Assembly: GCA_965207065.1 (NCBI GenBank)
Contig: OZ242260.1
Location: 4,000,001 to 4,064,000, forward strand
DNA: 64,000 bases
Source of the DNA: a bacterium
GTDB taxonomy: Bacteria > UBA8248
Direction of reading: 5' to 3'
The position numbers and the translations under genes are program-made. Positions 19,603 to 29,812 of the stretch are shown one piece after another. The first letter of the stretch is position 1, and every line of letters begins with the position of its first letter. The notes beneath the pieces are model-generated. The model was not told where the DNA came from and ran no database searches. It saw only the letters and a list, made by a program, of their open reading frames with translations.

Positions 19603-22071
19603 ATGTTTCGAAACCTCTTGCCCATATTGATGAAGATCGGCCTCATATCGGACGAGATGGTCGTCCCGCGCGACCTGCGGGGTTATTCGCGCGTCATCGT
19701 CTCGATTATTTCCGTCGCGTTTTCCTACTTCTTCGTTCATATCTCATACTTCGGTCCCCCGCGTTCGGAAATCTTCAAGGGCGTCTACATTCTGGCGACC
19801 GCCAGCTTGTGCATCCTCGTCTACAAGGGCAGGCAAAGGCCCGTCCGCGAGGGATTCGCCTATCTCGATGAAATCTTCTCGTTCTTCGCCATCGTCGTCA
19901 TGTGCGCCACCCTGGCCCTGTGGGCGTATTGGGGCGCTTTCTTCGGCGACGTGCTCTGGACTGAGTTCATGGTCGGGGGAGCCTATCTGGTCGCCCTGCT
20001 CGGCGGTCTGTTCGGCGCGTTCCTCTACCGGTTTGAAGCCACCACGGAACGCGTATCGGAACTCCCCACGCTCTCGGACTGGCTGTTCATCGTATCGGCC
20101 GTCGCCCCCATCATCTGGTGGAACATCTACAACATCGAACTCACCACGCGCATCGGCGGCCCCGTACCCACCTCGGTGGTCATATACACGCTGATGCTCG
20201 CGGCGGTGAGCTTCGACATCGCAAGGCGCGTCATCGGCCCCGTCATACCGTTCATCGGCTTCTTCTTCCTGATCTACAGCTTCAAGCCCATCGCGCAGAT
20301 ATCGCCGGGGCTTCTCTACCACGACGGCTTCGGGCTCGACCGCGTGACCGAGTTCCTGATGCTCGAGGCCGACGGCATCACCGGCCTGATCGTCGAGGTC
20401 TTCGCCACCTACATCGTCATCTTCGTCGTCCTGGGCGCCTTTCTGGAAAAGACGGGGCTGGGCGAATTCCTCATCGACGCCACCTACCGGGTGACGGGCC
20501 AGAAAACGGGCGGACCCGGCCTCACGGCCGTCATGTCGAGCGGGCTTTTCGGCATGATCTCTGGCAGCGGCGTCGCCAACGTGGTGACGACGGGCACGTT
20601 CACCATCCCCCTCATGAAGCGGGTGGGCTACCGCCCCGAGTTCGCAGGCGCGGTGGAGGCGGCCGCCTCGACAGGAGGGGCCTACATGCCGCCCATCATG
20701 GCGGGCGGGGCCTTTCTCGTCGCGCAACTCACCGAAACGTCGTATTTCGACATCGTCAAGATAGCGACGCTCCCGGCCATTCTCTACTACCTCTCGGTGG
20801 GCTACATGGTCTTCATCCGCGCCGTGCGGCGCGGGCTCCACGGCGTCGACCCCTCGGAGTTGCCCCCCTGGAGCAGAATCATCCCGCGCCTCCACTTCCT
20901 GCTGCCTATCCCCGTGATGGTGTACTACCTCGTCATCGGCGATTCCGCGTTCCTGGCGGCCTTCAAGACCATCTGCCTCATCGTCATGCTCAAATCCTGC
21001 GAACTGCTCTCGAACATCAAGGCGCCCACCGCAAACCGGACGGCACGCCCGTTCCTGGCCGTCTCTATCACATTCGGGGTCTTCTCCTATTACTTCGGCC
21101 TCACGGTCGGCGCGCCGTTCTCGTGGTTCGCGGACACGCTGCGCGGTATGAACTGGGGAGACGCCCTGTTCTGGACGGTAGCGGCGTTCATCGTCCTGAA
21201 ACTCGCCGAAATCATCATGGCCGCGACAAAGGGCGAATCCGCGGACCCGGAATATGAATCGGGCCCGATTCTCTTCAGGCGGCTCTGGGAACTCCTGGTG
21301 GATATCGTCAAGATCACCTGGATATCGCTCGAAGCGGGCGCGCGGAACACGCTCGTCATCGGCTGCATCGCCTGCGTGCTGGGCATCCTGCTATCCTGCG
21401 CGACGCAAAGTGACCTGTCGGGCCGCATCTCCATTCTATTGACCGAGTTCAGCTTCGGCCTTCTGCCGCTCACCATCATCTGGGTGATCATCGCGGGCTA
21501 CATCGTCGGCATGGGATTGCCCATCACGGCGAGCTACGTGGTGCTGGTCATATTCGGCGTCATCGCGCTCACCAACCTGGGCGTGCCGACCCTCCACGCG
21601 CACCTCATCTGCTTCTGGGTAGCCGTGGTGAGCGCCGTGACCCCGCCGGTCGCATTGGCGGCCTACGCGGCGAGCGCCATTGCAGTATCGGACCCCGTGA
21701 AAACAGGCTTCCAGGCGCTGAAGCTCGCCTCATGGCTGTTCATCATGCCGTTCCTGTTCGTCTACACCCCGCTTCTTCTCGACGGCACGAGGACCGAGGT
21801 GACCATCACCTTCATCGCATGCCTCATCGGCATCGTCGGCTGGACCGGTTGGATGGAGAACTTCATGACGCGGCACGCGAACGGCCTCGAGCGGGCGTTG
21901 ATGTTCATCGGCTCCGTATGCCTCCTCCTGCCCGTGGGGAATTTCGTGGTATTCATAACCCCGCTGGAAGGAGATTTGAGGTATATCTCCTACGCCGTAG
22001 GCATCATCGCCCTCGTAGCGGTGCTCGTCATGCAGCGCACGCGCGGCGGCGTGGATCCCGAACCCGCATAA
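19603..22071 (+). CDS. TRAP transporter fused 4TM/12TM permease (TAXI type)
   Basis: GMISGSGVANVVTTGTFTIPLMKR, AVEAAASTGG, GMGLP, TPPVALAAYAA. Confidence 0.92.
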   Translation: MFRNLLPILMKIGLISDEMVVPRDLRGYSRVIVSIISVAFSYFFVHISYFGPPRSEIFKGVYILATASLCILVYKGRQRPVREGFAYLDEIFSFFAIVVMCATLALWAYWGAFFGDVLWTEFMVGGAYLVALLGGLFGAFLYRFEATTERVSELPTLSDWLFIVSAVAPIIWWNIYNIELTTRIGGPVPTSVVIYTLMLAAVSFDIARRVIGPVIPFIGFFFLIYSFKPIAQISPGLLYHDGFGLDRVTEFLMLEADGITGLIVEVFATYIVIFVVLGAFLEKTGLGEFLIDATYRVTGQKTGGPGLTAVMSSGLFGMISGSGVANVVTTGTFTIPLMKRVGYRPEFAGAVEAAASTGGAYMPPIMAGGAFLVAQLTETSYFDIVKIATLPAILYYLSVGYMVFIRAVRRGLHGVDPSELPPWSRIIPRLHFLLPIPVMVYYLVIGDSAFLAAFKTICLIVMLKSCELLSNIKAPTANRTARPFLAVSITFGVFSYYFGLTVGAPFSWFADTLRGMNWGDALFWTVAAFIVLKLAEIIMAATKGESADPEYESGPILFRRLWELLVDIVKITWISLEAGARNTLVIGCIACVLGILLSCATQSDLSGRISILLTEFSFGLLPLTIIWVIIAGYIVGMGLPITASYVVLVIFGVIALTNLGVPTLHAHLICFWVAVVSAVTPPVALAAYAASAIAVSDPVKTGFQALKLASWLFIMPFLFVYTPLLLDGTRTEVTITFIACLIGIVGWTGWMENFMTRHANGLERALMFIGSVCLLLPVGNFVVFITPLEGDLRYISYAVGIIALVAVLVMQRTRGGVDPEPA

Positions 22072-22099
22072 CTCACACAAGTACCGAGAAGGAGGCATC

Positions 22100-22732
22100 A
22101 TGAGCAAAACTCCTCCCGCTCTCAGGCGCATCCAGCACGTGGGACTCAAGGTCCACGACCTCGACGAGGCGGTGGCTTTCTACAGCGACGTCATGGGGCT
22201 AAGAGTCTCGGACCGCTACGAGCCGGGCGACAACCCCCACAGCCCGTGGGGGATATGCTTCATGCGCTGCGGCGAGGGACACCACGAGGTATCCCTCATC
22301 GCATATCCCAAGGAAGCCGGCTTGACACCCAAAGAGGGCGGCATGCGGAAACCCGAAGTCGGCCTCCACCACGTGGCCTTCGAGGTGGGCTCCAAGGAAG
22401 AACTCGAAGCATGGGCGGCGCACATCCGCTCGAAGGGAATCAAGATCGCGGCGGGTCCCCTCGTCCACAGCCCCACGCACCCCGAAGGCGACGGCACCCT
22501 GGGCGAGAACCGCGCCTTCTACTTCCACGACCCGTGCGGAAACGGCATCGAGATTTTCTGCGACCTGGCCAGAATGGACTCAGGAACCAACCGCATCAAC
22601 GAGGCGTGGTTCCGCGACAGGCTCGAGCGCGACGGTTTATCGCGCGGCGACGCCGACCCGCCCTCCGCATGGCGGCCCGGCATTTCGAGCATGGCGGACG
22701 CGAAAGAGAGATTCGGCGGGCCATCTAGATAG
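22100..22732 (+). CDS. VOC/glyoxalase family protein (extradiol dioxygenase-like single domain)
   Basis: IQHVGLKV, GLHHVAFEV, FYFHDPCGNGIE. Confidence 0.85.
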   Translation: MSKTPPALRRIQHVGLKVHDLDEAVAFYSDVMGLRVSDRYEPGDNPHSPWGICFMRCGEGHHEVSLIAYPKEAGLTPKEGGMRKPEVGLHHVAFEVGSKEELEAWAAHIRSKGIKIAAGPLVHSPTHPEGDGTLGENRAFYFHDPCGNGIEIFCDLARMDSGTNRINEAWFRDRLERDGLSRGDADPPSAWRPGISSMADAKERFGGPSR

Positions 22733-22761
22733 CGCGACGATAACGCGAGGACAGAAGAAAA

Positions 22762-24051
22762 ATGCCGCACATTGCAAGAATCTCTCGCTCCAAAACGACG
22801 ATTCTTGCCGCCTTAGCGTTGGCACTGATGGTACTATCCACTCATGGAACGTTGGACAATTTAGCCAAAAACTGGATCAAGGAAACCACCGAAGATTCTA
22901 TTAAGATATTTGCTTTATCAAAAAGCATAAATGCAGGGATTTCCGTATTACAAAGTTCACAAGTCAAAATACCCTTTGTTGTGTCAATCCAAGTAGGAGA
23001 GGCGCTTGACCCGATAAATGATGCCGTGGAGCGACTTTCATCCGCGATGGTTTGGGCAACGGGATCACTGTTTCTCCAGCAGATTGTTCTCGAAGTCGCT
23101 TCGAGTTCCATTTTCAAATTAATTTTTTTTGTAGTCGGCCTTTTAGCGATATCAGCCCTGTTGCTTGCCGCTAGGGAACGCATCCGCAATCAGTTTTGTG
23201 GAGTATTGAAAGTTTCCGAAGATACTTTTGCTCACTATCGCGACTTGCTTGTTCGGATATTGATTGTCACCACTTTCTTTCGTTTCATTGTTCCAGCGTT
23301 CGTCATCGTCAGTTTCCTTCTCAGCCAGATGTTTTTGTTGGATACGAAGATCGACACACTCCAGAAAAATCTATCCGATCAAAAGAAGAATTTGCCGCTG
23401 ATTACAGAACAAGTTTCGCGCAGTGCCAAAAAGGATACTTTTGATCCTCAGCGCCTTAAGGAAGAAAAGCCGCGTTTGGAGAACGAGTTAGCTAGGCTCA
23501 ATAAATCTCTATCATCAAACCAACAAGAAGCGGAAAAACTGGACAAGGAAATCGACCAACTCAATGAGAAAGTCGGTTGGGGCCAGTGGGCTTTAGGGTG
23601 GGTTCCAGAATTTTTCGGCGGTGCGCCTCCCCAAGGAGAACTGGTATCAGCAAGGGAAAAACGCGAGAAAATAAACCAACAGATGGCGAAAATTCAGAAA
23701 CGACTCCATGCCATCAATGATGAACTCGAATGCTTCAACCGACGCCTCGCCGGGGAGAGCTGCGATTCTTTACTAAGCAAGTTATCTAATCTACCTAGTG
23801 CTATTCTTCCTGATGGAATCAAGACATTTTTCACAGATATTACGGAACTCCCCGATAAGGCCAACGAAATGGTGAAAAATATAACAAAACTCTTAGCCGC
23901 TATTGTTATCAAGAACATTCTGCTCCCGCTCATCTTCTTGGCGATTGCCTTAAAGTGCAGCCGGCCTATTGCAAGATATTCGATGAGATTGGTATCCGGC
24001 TTGAGGCGAGACGCGAAAGAGTTGCAAGGTTATATCGAACGAGGGGATTGA
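22762..24051 (+). CDS. AT-rich hypothetical membrane protein with long coiled coil
   Basis: Several TM segments, heptad-like middle region, INAGISVLQS...GEALDPINDAVER; lower GC than flanks. Confidence 0.7.
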   Translation: MPHIARISRSKTTILAALALALMVLSTHGTLDNLAKNWIKETTEDSIKIFALSKSINAGISVLQSSQVKIPFVVSIQVGEALDPINDAVERLSSAMVWATGSLFLQQIVLEVASSSIFKLIFFVVGLLAISALLLAARERIRNQFCGVLKVSEDTFAHYRDLLVRILIVTTFFRFIVPAFVIVSFLLSQMFLLDTKIDTLQKNLSDQKKNLPLITEQVSRSAKKDTFDPQRLKEEKPRLENELARLNKSLSSNQQEAEKLDKEIDQLNEKVGWGQWALGWVPEFFGGAPPQGELVSAREKREKINQQMAKIQKRLHAINDELECFNRRLAGESCDSLLSKLSNLPSAILPDGIKTFFTDITELPDKANEMVKNITKLLAAIVIKNILLPLIFLAIALKCSRPIARYSMRLVSGLRRDAKELQGYIERGD

Positions 24052-24121
24052 TTAGTTTCGCGAAACAAATTCGGATTCCTGTTTCAGCGGTAGCATCGAC
24101 ACAATGGAGGGAAAAATTACA

Positions 24122-25078
24122 ATGACACACCGCGTCCTGAGCGTGGATGAACGCACAAAAACGCAGCCCGCCCGCAGGGCATTCATGGAGGAATACCTGC
24201 ACGCGGGCTATGCGTTCGTGGAACCCGAATCCTTCGACGACGCCGCTCTGATCGAGGCGGCGGCGGGCGCGTGCGCGCTCACTACCGGGTTCGCCCCCAT
24301 CACGCGGGAGATGATGGAGGCGGGGTCTGGCATCAAGGTAGTCGGCAAGGTGGGCACCGGCGTGGACAACATCGACGTGGCGGCGGCCACCGAACTCGGC
24401 ATCCCCGTCGCCAACGCGCCCGGCTGGATGCGCTGCATCCCCGTGGCGGAACACGCGATGGCGCTCACCCTCATCATGGCGCGAAGGCCCTGGCTCTGGC
24501 CGGTCGGTGAGCGCAAGCTCCACGTTCAGCTTCAAGGCGCTGTGCTGGGTATCGTGGGCCTCGGGAACATCGGGGGGGCCCTCGCCAAGCGCGCCGCCGC
24601 CTTCGAGATGGAGATATGCGCCTACACGCGCACGCGGGGGAAATTCAGGCCCGATGGCTTCGAGGTGGAAGAGGTGGAGACGCTGCACGAGTTGCTTGTG
24701 CGCGCAGACTTCGTGGCGCTCACCCTGCCCCTGACGCCCGAGAACACGGGTATGATCGGCGCGCGTGAGCTCGAACTCATGAAAGAGACTGCGTTTCTCG
24801 TCAACGTCTCGCGCGGTCCCCACGTGGATACCGACGCGCTCGCCGACGCGGTCCGCGAAGGAAAAATCGCGGGCGCGGGCCTGGACGTGGTCGAGCCGGA
24901 CCCCCTGCCCGAAGACCATCCGCTCCACGGGTTTCCCAACGTCGTGATGTCGCCCCACAACGCCGCCCAGACCGAAAGCGTCCAGCGTGAGAGCTACAAG
25001 CTTTTGTGCGATAATATCAAGCGGGCGGTGGAGGGAGAGAAAGTCACCTCGCTCGCCAATCCGGAAATCTACGAGTAA
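24122..25078 (+). CDS. D-isomer-specific 2-hydroxyacid dehydrogenase
   Basis: GTGVDNID, GLGNIG, VNVSRG, GLDV..EP, SPHNA. Confidence 0.92.
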   Translation: MTHRVLSVDERTKTQPARRAFMEEYLHAGYAFVEPESFDDAALIEAAAGACALTTGFAPITREMMEAGSGIKVVGKVGTGVDNIDVAAATELGIPVANAPGWMRCIPVAEHAMALTLIMARRPWLWPVGERKLHVQLQGAVLGIVGLGNIGGALAKRAAAFEMEICAYTRTRGKFRPDGFEVEEVETLHELLVRADFVALTLPLTPENTGMIGARELELMKETAFLVNVSRGPHVDTDALADAVREGKIAGAGLDVVEPDPLPEDHPLHGFPNVVMSPHNAAQTESVQRESYKLLCDNIKRAVEGEKVTSLANPEIYE

Positions 25079-25101
25079 ACGCGCCGCAAAGGAGATTCAC
25101 G

Positions 25102-26238
25102 ATGGAAGATTCACCGGTTCGAGGCCTTGAGGGCGTCATCGCGGCCGACACGAAGATATGCTCCCTCGACGGCGTGAACGGGATTCTGGGGTATTACGGC
25201 TACGACGTGCCCGAGATGGTGCGCAAGAAGGTCACCTTCGAGGAGGTGGTCTATCTCCTTTGGCACGGCGAACTGCCCACCCGCGAAAATCTCAAGGAAT
25301 TCGACCAGGCCATGAAGGCCGAGCGCGCGCTCTCGCCCGCCTTGATGCGCGCTTTAAGGCAGATACCCCCCGGTGAGCAGAGGACGGCGGCGCTGAGGGG
25401 CGGCGTCGGCATCCAGGGGCTTTTCGACGAAGAGGCGGAGGACGACTCCCCCGAGGCGAACCGCAGAAAGGCGCTCCGGCTCACCGCGAAGATGCCCACC
25501 ATCGTCGCGGCGCAGCACCGCCTCGCGGCGGGCCTGAAACCCCTGAACCCCCGCCGGGGACTCGGACACGCGGCGAATTTCCTCTACATGATCACGGGCG
25601 TGGCGCCTGATAAAATCGACGCCCGCGCGCTCGACGCCACCCTCGTCCTCTACGCGGAGCACGAGTTCAACGCCTCGACCTTCGCGACGCGCGTCGTCAC
25701 CTCCACGATGTCGGACATCTATTCCGCCGTCACGGCGGGCATCAGCGCCTTGAAAGGCCCGCTGCACGGAGGCGCCGGCCTCGCGGTGATGGAGACCTTG
25801 AGGGAGATCGGCGACATCGAGAACGTGGAGCCCTTCGTCGAGGCGGCGCTCGCCAGGAAGAGGCTCTTCATGGGCTTCGGCCACCGGGTCTACACCAGGA
25901 GCGGCGACCCCCGCGCGAGCGTGCTCATCGAACTGGCCGAGGAGGTGTGCCGCCAGCCCGGGCGGGACGCCAGGTGGTTCAACATGGCGCGTGCGCTCGA
26001 CCACGCCGTTCAGAGCCGAAAGGGCGTCATCCCGAACGTGGACTTCTACTCGGCGCCGCTGTGGCAGGGTCTGGGAATCCCGATGGAGTTGTTCGTTCCC
26101 ATCATCGCCATGTCTCGCGTCGCAGGCTGGACGGCCAACATTCTGGAGCAGCAGGCCGACAACCGCCTCATCCGCCCCCGGGCGCGCTACACCGGCCCCG
26201 AAAAGAGGCGCTACAGGACCATGAGAAGCCGTGGCTGA
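25102..26238 (+). CDS. Citrate / 2-methylcitrate synthase family protein
   Basis: GLEGV, EHEFNASTF, KGPLHGGA, MGFGHRVY, PNVDFYS, LIRP. Confidence 0.9.
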   Translation: MEDSPVRGLEGVIAADTKICSLDGVNGILGYYGYDVPEMVRKKVTFEEVVYLLWHGELPTRENLKEFDQAMKAERALSPALMRALRQIPPGEQRTAALRGGVGIQGLFDEEAEDDSPEANRRKALRLTAKMPTIVAAQHRLAAGLKPLNPRRGLGHAANFLYMITGVAPDKIDARALDATLVLYAEHEFNASTFATRVVTSTMSDIYSAVTAGISALKGPLHGGAGLAVMETLREIGDIENVEPFVEAALARKRLFMGFGHRVYTRSGDPRASVLIELAEEVCRQPGRDARWFNMARALDHAVQSRKGVIPNVDFYSAPLWQGLGIPMELFVPIIAMSRVAGWTANILEQQADNRLIRPRARYTGPEKRRYRTMRSRG

Positions 26239-28213
26239 GCAGGGCGCGCGCAGCCTCACGCAAAAGCTCATCGACGCGCATCTCGTCTCGGGCGCAGCGA
26301 GAACGCCGGGCGAAGAAGTCGAGATACGCATCGATCAGGTGCTTCTGCAGGACGCATCCGGCCCCACCGCCCTCCTCCACTTCGAGGCGATGGGCTTCGC
26401 GCGGGTGAAGCAGAAGATAGCCGTCATGTACGGCGACCACCAGACCATCCAGGTCAACAGCCTGCACACCGACGCCCACCGCTTCATGCTCGGCTTCTGC
26501 CGCAAGCACGGCATCCATTTCTCGAAACCCGGAAACGGCATCTGCCACAACGTGCATTTAGAAGAGTTCTCCGTCCCCGGCGAAAGCCTGCTCGGCACGG
26601 ATTCGCATACGCCGCAAGGGGGCGCCGTGGGAATGCTCGCCATAGGCGCCGGCGGCATGGACGTGGCGACCGCCATGGCGACGGGGGCGACCATCATCCC
26701 GCGGCCGGCCATCGTCGAGGTGCGGCTCACCGGGAAGCTGGGACCCTGGGCGACGGCGAAAGACGTGATCCTGGAACTCCTGCGCCGCCTGGGCGCGCGC
26801 GGGGGTATCGGCAAGTATTTCGAATACACCGGCCCCGGCCTCCGCACCCTCTCGGTGCCGGAGCGCTTCACGGTCGCGAGCATGGGCACCGAACTGGGCC
26901 TCACGGGCAGCATCTTCCCGAGCGACGCGCAGACCAAATTGTTCTATGAGCGCATCGGCCGCGTGGGCGACTGGAAGCCGCAGGAGGCGGAATCGGACGC
27001 AGCGTATGACGAGAGAATCGAACTCGACCTCGGCGACGTCCAGCCGCTCGTCGCCCTGCCCTCGAACCCCGAGAACGTCGTGCCCGTATCGGAAGCCGCC
27101 GGCACGCCTATCCACCAGGTCATCATCGGAAGCTGCACGAACGGCACGTTCACCGACGTGGCCTCTTTCGCGCAGGTGCTGAGAGGCCGCAAGGTGGCGG
27201 ACGGCGTCGACGCCATCGTCTTTCCGGGCAGCCGCCAGGCATTTGAGGAACTCGCGCGAGAGGGCCATCTGGCCGACATGCTCGCCGCGGGCGTGTGCGT
27301 CTCGGAATCCACGTGCGGCTCATGCCCCGGTTACGCCCACATCCCCGCACCGGGCATGAACTCCCTGCGCGGGTTCAACCGGAACTTCAAGGGCCGCTCG
27401 GGACTGAGCGAGGACGCCGTGTATCTCGCGAGTCCCGAACTCGCCGCCGTGGCCGCCCTGCACGGCGAGATAAGAGACCCGAGGGACGAGGGCAAGGCGC
27501 CCGAGGTACTTCTGCCCTTCCGCTTCGCGAGCGACAGGACGGGAATCGTCGCGCCTGCGGAAGATGCCGCCTCGGTGGAAATCATCCGGGGCCCGAACAT
27601 CCAGCCCGTGCAGGTGGGAGAGGCGCCAGGGGATACCTGTACGGGAGAAGTCCTCATCAAGCTGGGCGACAACGTCTCGACCGACCACATCAGCCCGGCG
27701 GGGGTCGACGCCATCACCTACCGGACGAACATGCCCGCGCTGGCCGACTTCACCTTCAGGCGCGTGGACGAGACCTTCGCCTCACGCGCGCGAGAGGCGG
27801 GCGGGGGCATCATCGTCGGGGCGAAGACATACGGGCAGGGTTCCGCGCGCGAGCAGGCGGCCATCTGCCCGATGATTCTGGGCGTCCGCGCCGTCATCGC
27901 CAAGAGCTTTGCGAGAATCCACCGGGCGAACCTCATCAACTGGGGCATTCTGCCCCTCACGTTTGCGGACGAAGACGATTACGACAAGACAGAGGCCGGG
28001 CAGAAGCTGGCGATCTCCAACATTCAGGATTCGCTCGCCACGGGCGTTTTCGAAGTCGAAAACAGCGATACGGGCCACGTCTTCGGTGCGGCTTGCGCGC
28101 TCACCGAGCGCGAGAGGCGCATGCTCGCCGCGGGAGGCGCGCTGGCTCTCGCGCGCATCGAGGGGGGAAGCGCCGACGCGACGAACCCCTCCCCGGCTCG
28201 GGGCGGAGCATGA
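26231..28213 (+). CDS. Aconitate hydratase, short (~660 aa) type
   Basis: DSHT, IGSCTN, CGSC, FNRNF.GR, STDHISPAG, AKSFARIH. Confidence 0.92.
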   Translation: MAEQGARSLTQKLIDAHLVSGAARTPGEEVEIRIDQVLLQDASGPTALLHFEAMGFARVKQKIAVMYGDHQTIQVNSLHTDAHRFMLGFCRKHGIHFSKPGNGICHNVHLEEFSVPGESLLGTDSHTPQGGAVGMLAIGAGGMDVATAMATGATIIPRPAIVEVRLTGKLGPWATAKDVILELLRRLGARGGIGKYFEYTGPGLRTLSVPERFTVASMGTELGLTGSIFPSDAQTKLFYERIGRVGDWKPQEAESDAAYDERIELDLGDVQPLVALPSNPENVVPVSEAAGTPIHQVIIGSCTNGTFTDVASFAQVLRGRKVADGVDAIVFPGSRQAFEELAREGHLADMLAAGVCVSESTCGSCPGYAHIPAPGMNSLRGFNRNFKGRSGLSEDAVYLASPELAAVAALHGEIRDPRDEGKAPEVLLPFRFASDRTGIVAPAEDAASVEIIRGPNIQPVQVGEAPGDTCTGEVLIKLGDNVSTDHISPAGVDAITYRTNMPALADFTFRRVDETFASRAREAGGGIIVGAKTYGQGSAREQAAICPMILGVRAVIAKSFARIHRANLINWGILPLTFADEDDYDKTEAGQKLAISNIQDSLATGVFEVENSDTGHVFGAACALTERERRMLAAGGALALARIEGGSADATNPSPARGGA

Positions 28214-28214
28214 T

Positions 28215-29402
28215 ATGGGCCAAATAAAATATCCGGCGGTGTTCATGCGCGGCGGCACGAGCCGCGCCATCGTCTTCCATGAAAAAGATTTGCCCAAAGA
28301 ACAATCGGAAAGAGACGCCATCTTCCTGAAAGCCCTGGGAAGTCCCGACCCGAATGGCCGCCAGCTAGACGGCCTGGGTGGCGGGATATCAAGTTTAAGC
28401 AAAATCGCGGTGGTAGCGCCCTCCGAGCGAGCGGATGCGGACGTGGATTTCACCTTCGCGCAGGTGGGTGTGACGGATGAAACCGTGGATTACGTCGGCA
28501 CCTGCGGGAACATATCGAGCGCGGTCGGGCCGTTCGCCGTGGACGAGGGACTGGTTGAGATAGATGACGGTACCGCCACCGTGCGCGTCTACAACACGAA
28601 CACGGGCAAGACCTATCACGCGCGCTTTCCGGTGGAAGACGGCGCGGCGGGCGTGGGTGGTGCGTACGAGCTGCCGGGCGTCTCGGGCGCAGGCGCGCAA
28701 ATCACGCTGGAGTTCATGGACCCCGGCGGCGCGGCCACCGGAAAACTCCTGCCCTCGGGCAACGCGGTGGACACCTTCGAGATCGAGGGGGTGGGAAGAG
28801 TCGAGGCGAGCATGGTGGACGCCACCAACCCGATGGTGTTCGTACGCGCCGTCGACCTGGGCCTTACCGGCGGAGAAGGACCCGGCCTCATCGACGCCCA
28901 AGTCGAGGTGATGGTGAACCTGGAGCAGATACGCGCCGAGGCGGCGGTGCGCATGGGGCTTGCGCGCGACAGGCGGGAGGCTTCGGAGAGCGTGCAGGCC
29001 GTGCCGAAGGTGGTGCTCGTCGCCCCGCCGCTGGAATACATGGACTTGAAAGGCGAGATAATCGCTGCGGATGACTGCGACATCACAGCCCGCATCATCT
29101 CGATGGGAAAGACCCACCGCGCCTTCGCCCTCACGGGCGCGATGTGCTTAGCCGTCGCCGCGCGGATTCCGGGCACCGTGACGCACGAGGCCGCCCGAAG
29201 TAGCGAGGGCGACATCCGTCTCGGGCACCCTTCCGGCGTCCAGACCATAAACGCGGTGGTCGCTGAGACACCCGAAGGCCCACTGGCCGAGAAGGTAATC
29301 GTCTACCGCACGGCGCGCAGGCTCATGGAAGGAATGGTCTGCGTGCCCGCGATATCCAGAAGCGCGTGCAGGGAAACGCCCGCGATCCTTGATCCTCCAT
29401 AG
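28215..29402 (+). CDS. prpF: PrpF family isomerase
   Basis: MRGGTSR, QLDGLGGG.SS.SK, CGNISSAVGPFA, HPSG, RTARRLMEG. Confidence 0.88.
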   Translation: MGQIKYPAVFMRGGTSRAIVFHEKDLPKEQSERDAIFLKALGSPDPNGRQLDGLGGGISSLSKIAVVAPSERADADVDFTFAQVGVTDETVDYVGTCGNISSAVGPFAVDEGLVEIDDGTATVRVYNTNTGKTYHARFPVEDGAAGVGGAYELPGVSGAGAQITLEFMDPGGAATGKLLPSGNAVDTFEIEGVGRVEASMVDATNPMVFVRAVDLGLTGGEGPGLIDAQVEVMVNLEQIRAEAAVRMGLARDRREASESVQAVPKVVLVAPPLEYMDLKGEIIAADDCDITARIISMGKTHRAFALTGAMCLAVAARIPGTVTHEAARSSEGDIRLGHPSGVQTINAVVAETPEGPLAEKVIVYRTARRLMEGMVCVPAISRSACRETPAILDPP

Positions 29403-29458
29403 AAAACCCTTGTTTTCACGCCGGTTCAACGCGGTTTTCATCCGCAGGGATCGCATGT

Positions 29459-29683
29459 GGGGTTGTTGAATTACCCCGCAATTCCGGTATGACGGCGACG
29501 GGATATCGCCTTGCCGGAGGGAGTGTAGGGGTCGCATACATGCGACCCACATGCCACGGTCGGGGAGGGCCGCATATGTGTAGCGCTCCCAAGAAGGGAG
29601 CGCTACCTACAACAGAAACGGCATTGACGCAGGTATTAAAGCAATGGTCAAAGCAGAGCGAGAAAAACTTTTTCAACAGCCCC
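29459..29683. mobile_element. MITE-like element with terminal inverted repeats and REP-like hairpins
   Basis: ggggttgttgaa...tttttcaacagcccc; internal hairpins ggtcgcatacatgcgacc and tagcgctcccaagaagggagcgcta. Confidence 0.65.
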
Positions 29684-29812
29684 TCATCAATCGCGTTTGA
29701 CCTTCGGCCGCTACTCAGGGTGAGGCGGAGAGGCGGGTTGCTCGGGGTGGGATGGCGGTTTCGCAGCCGGACAGGCGCAGGAGCCTGTCCGGGGACCCGC
29801 GTAACCGCCTGC

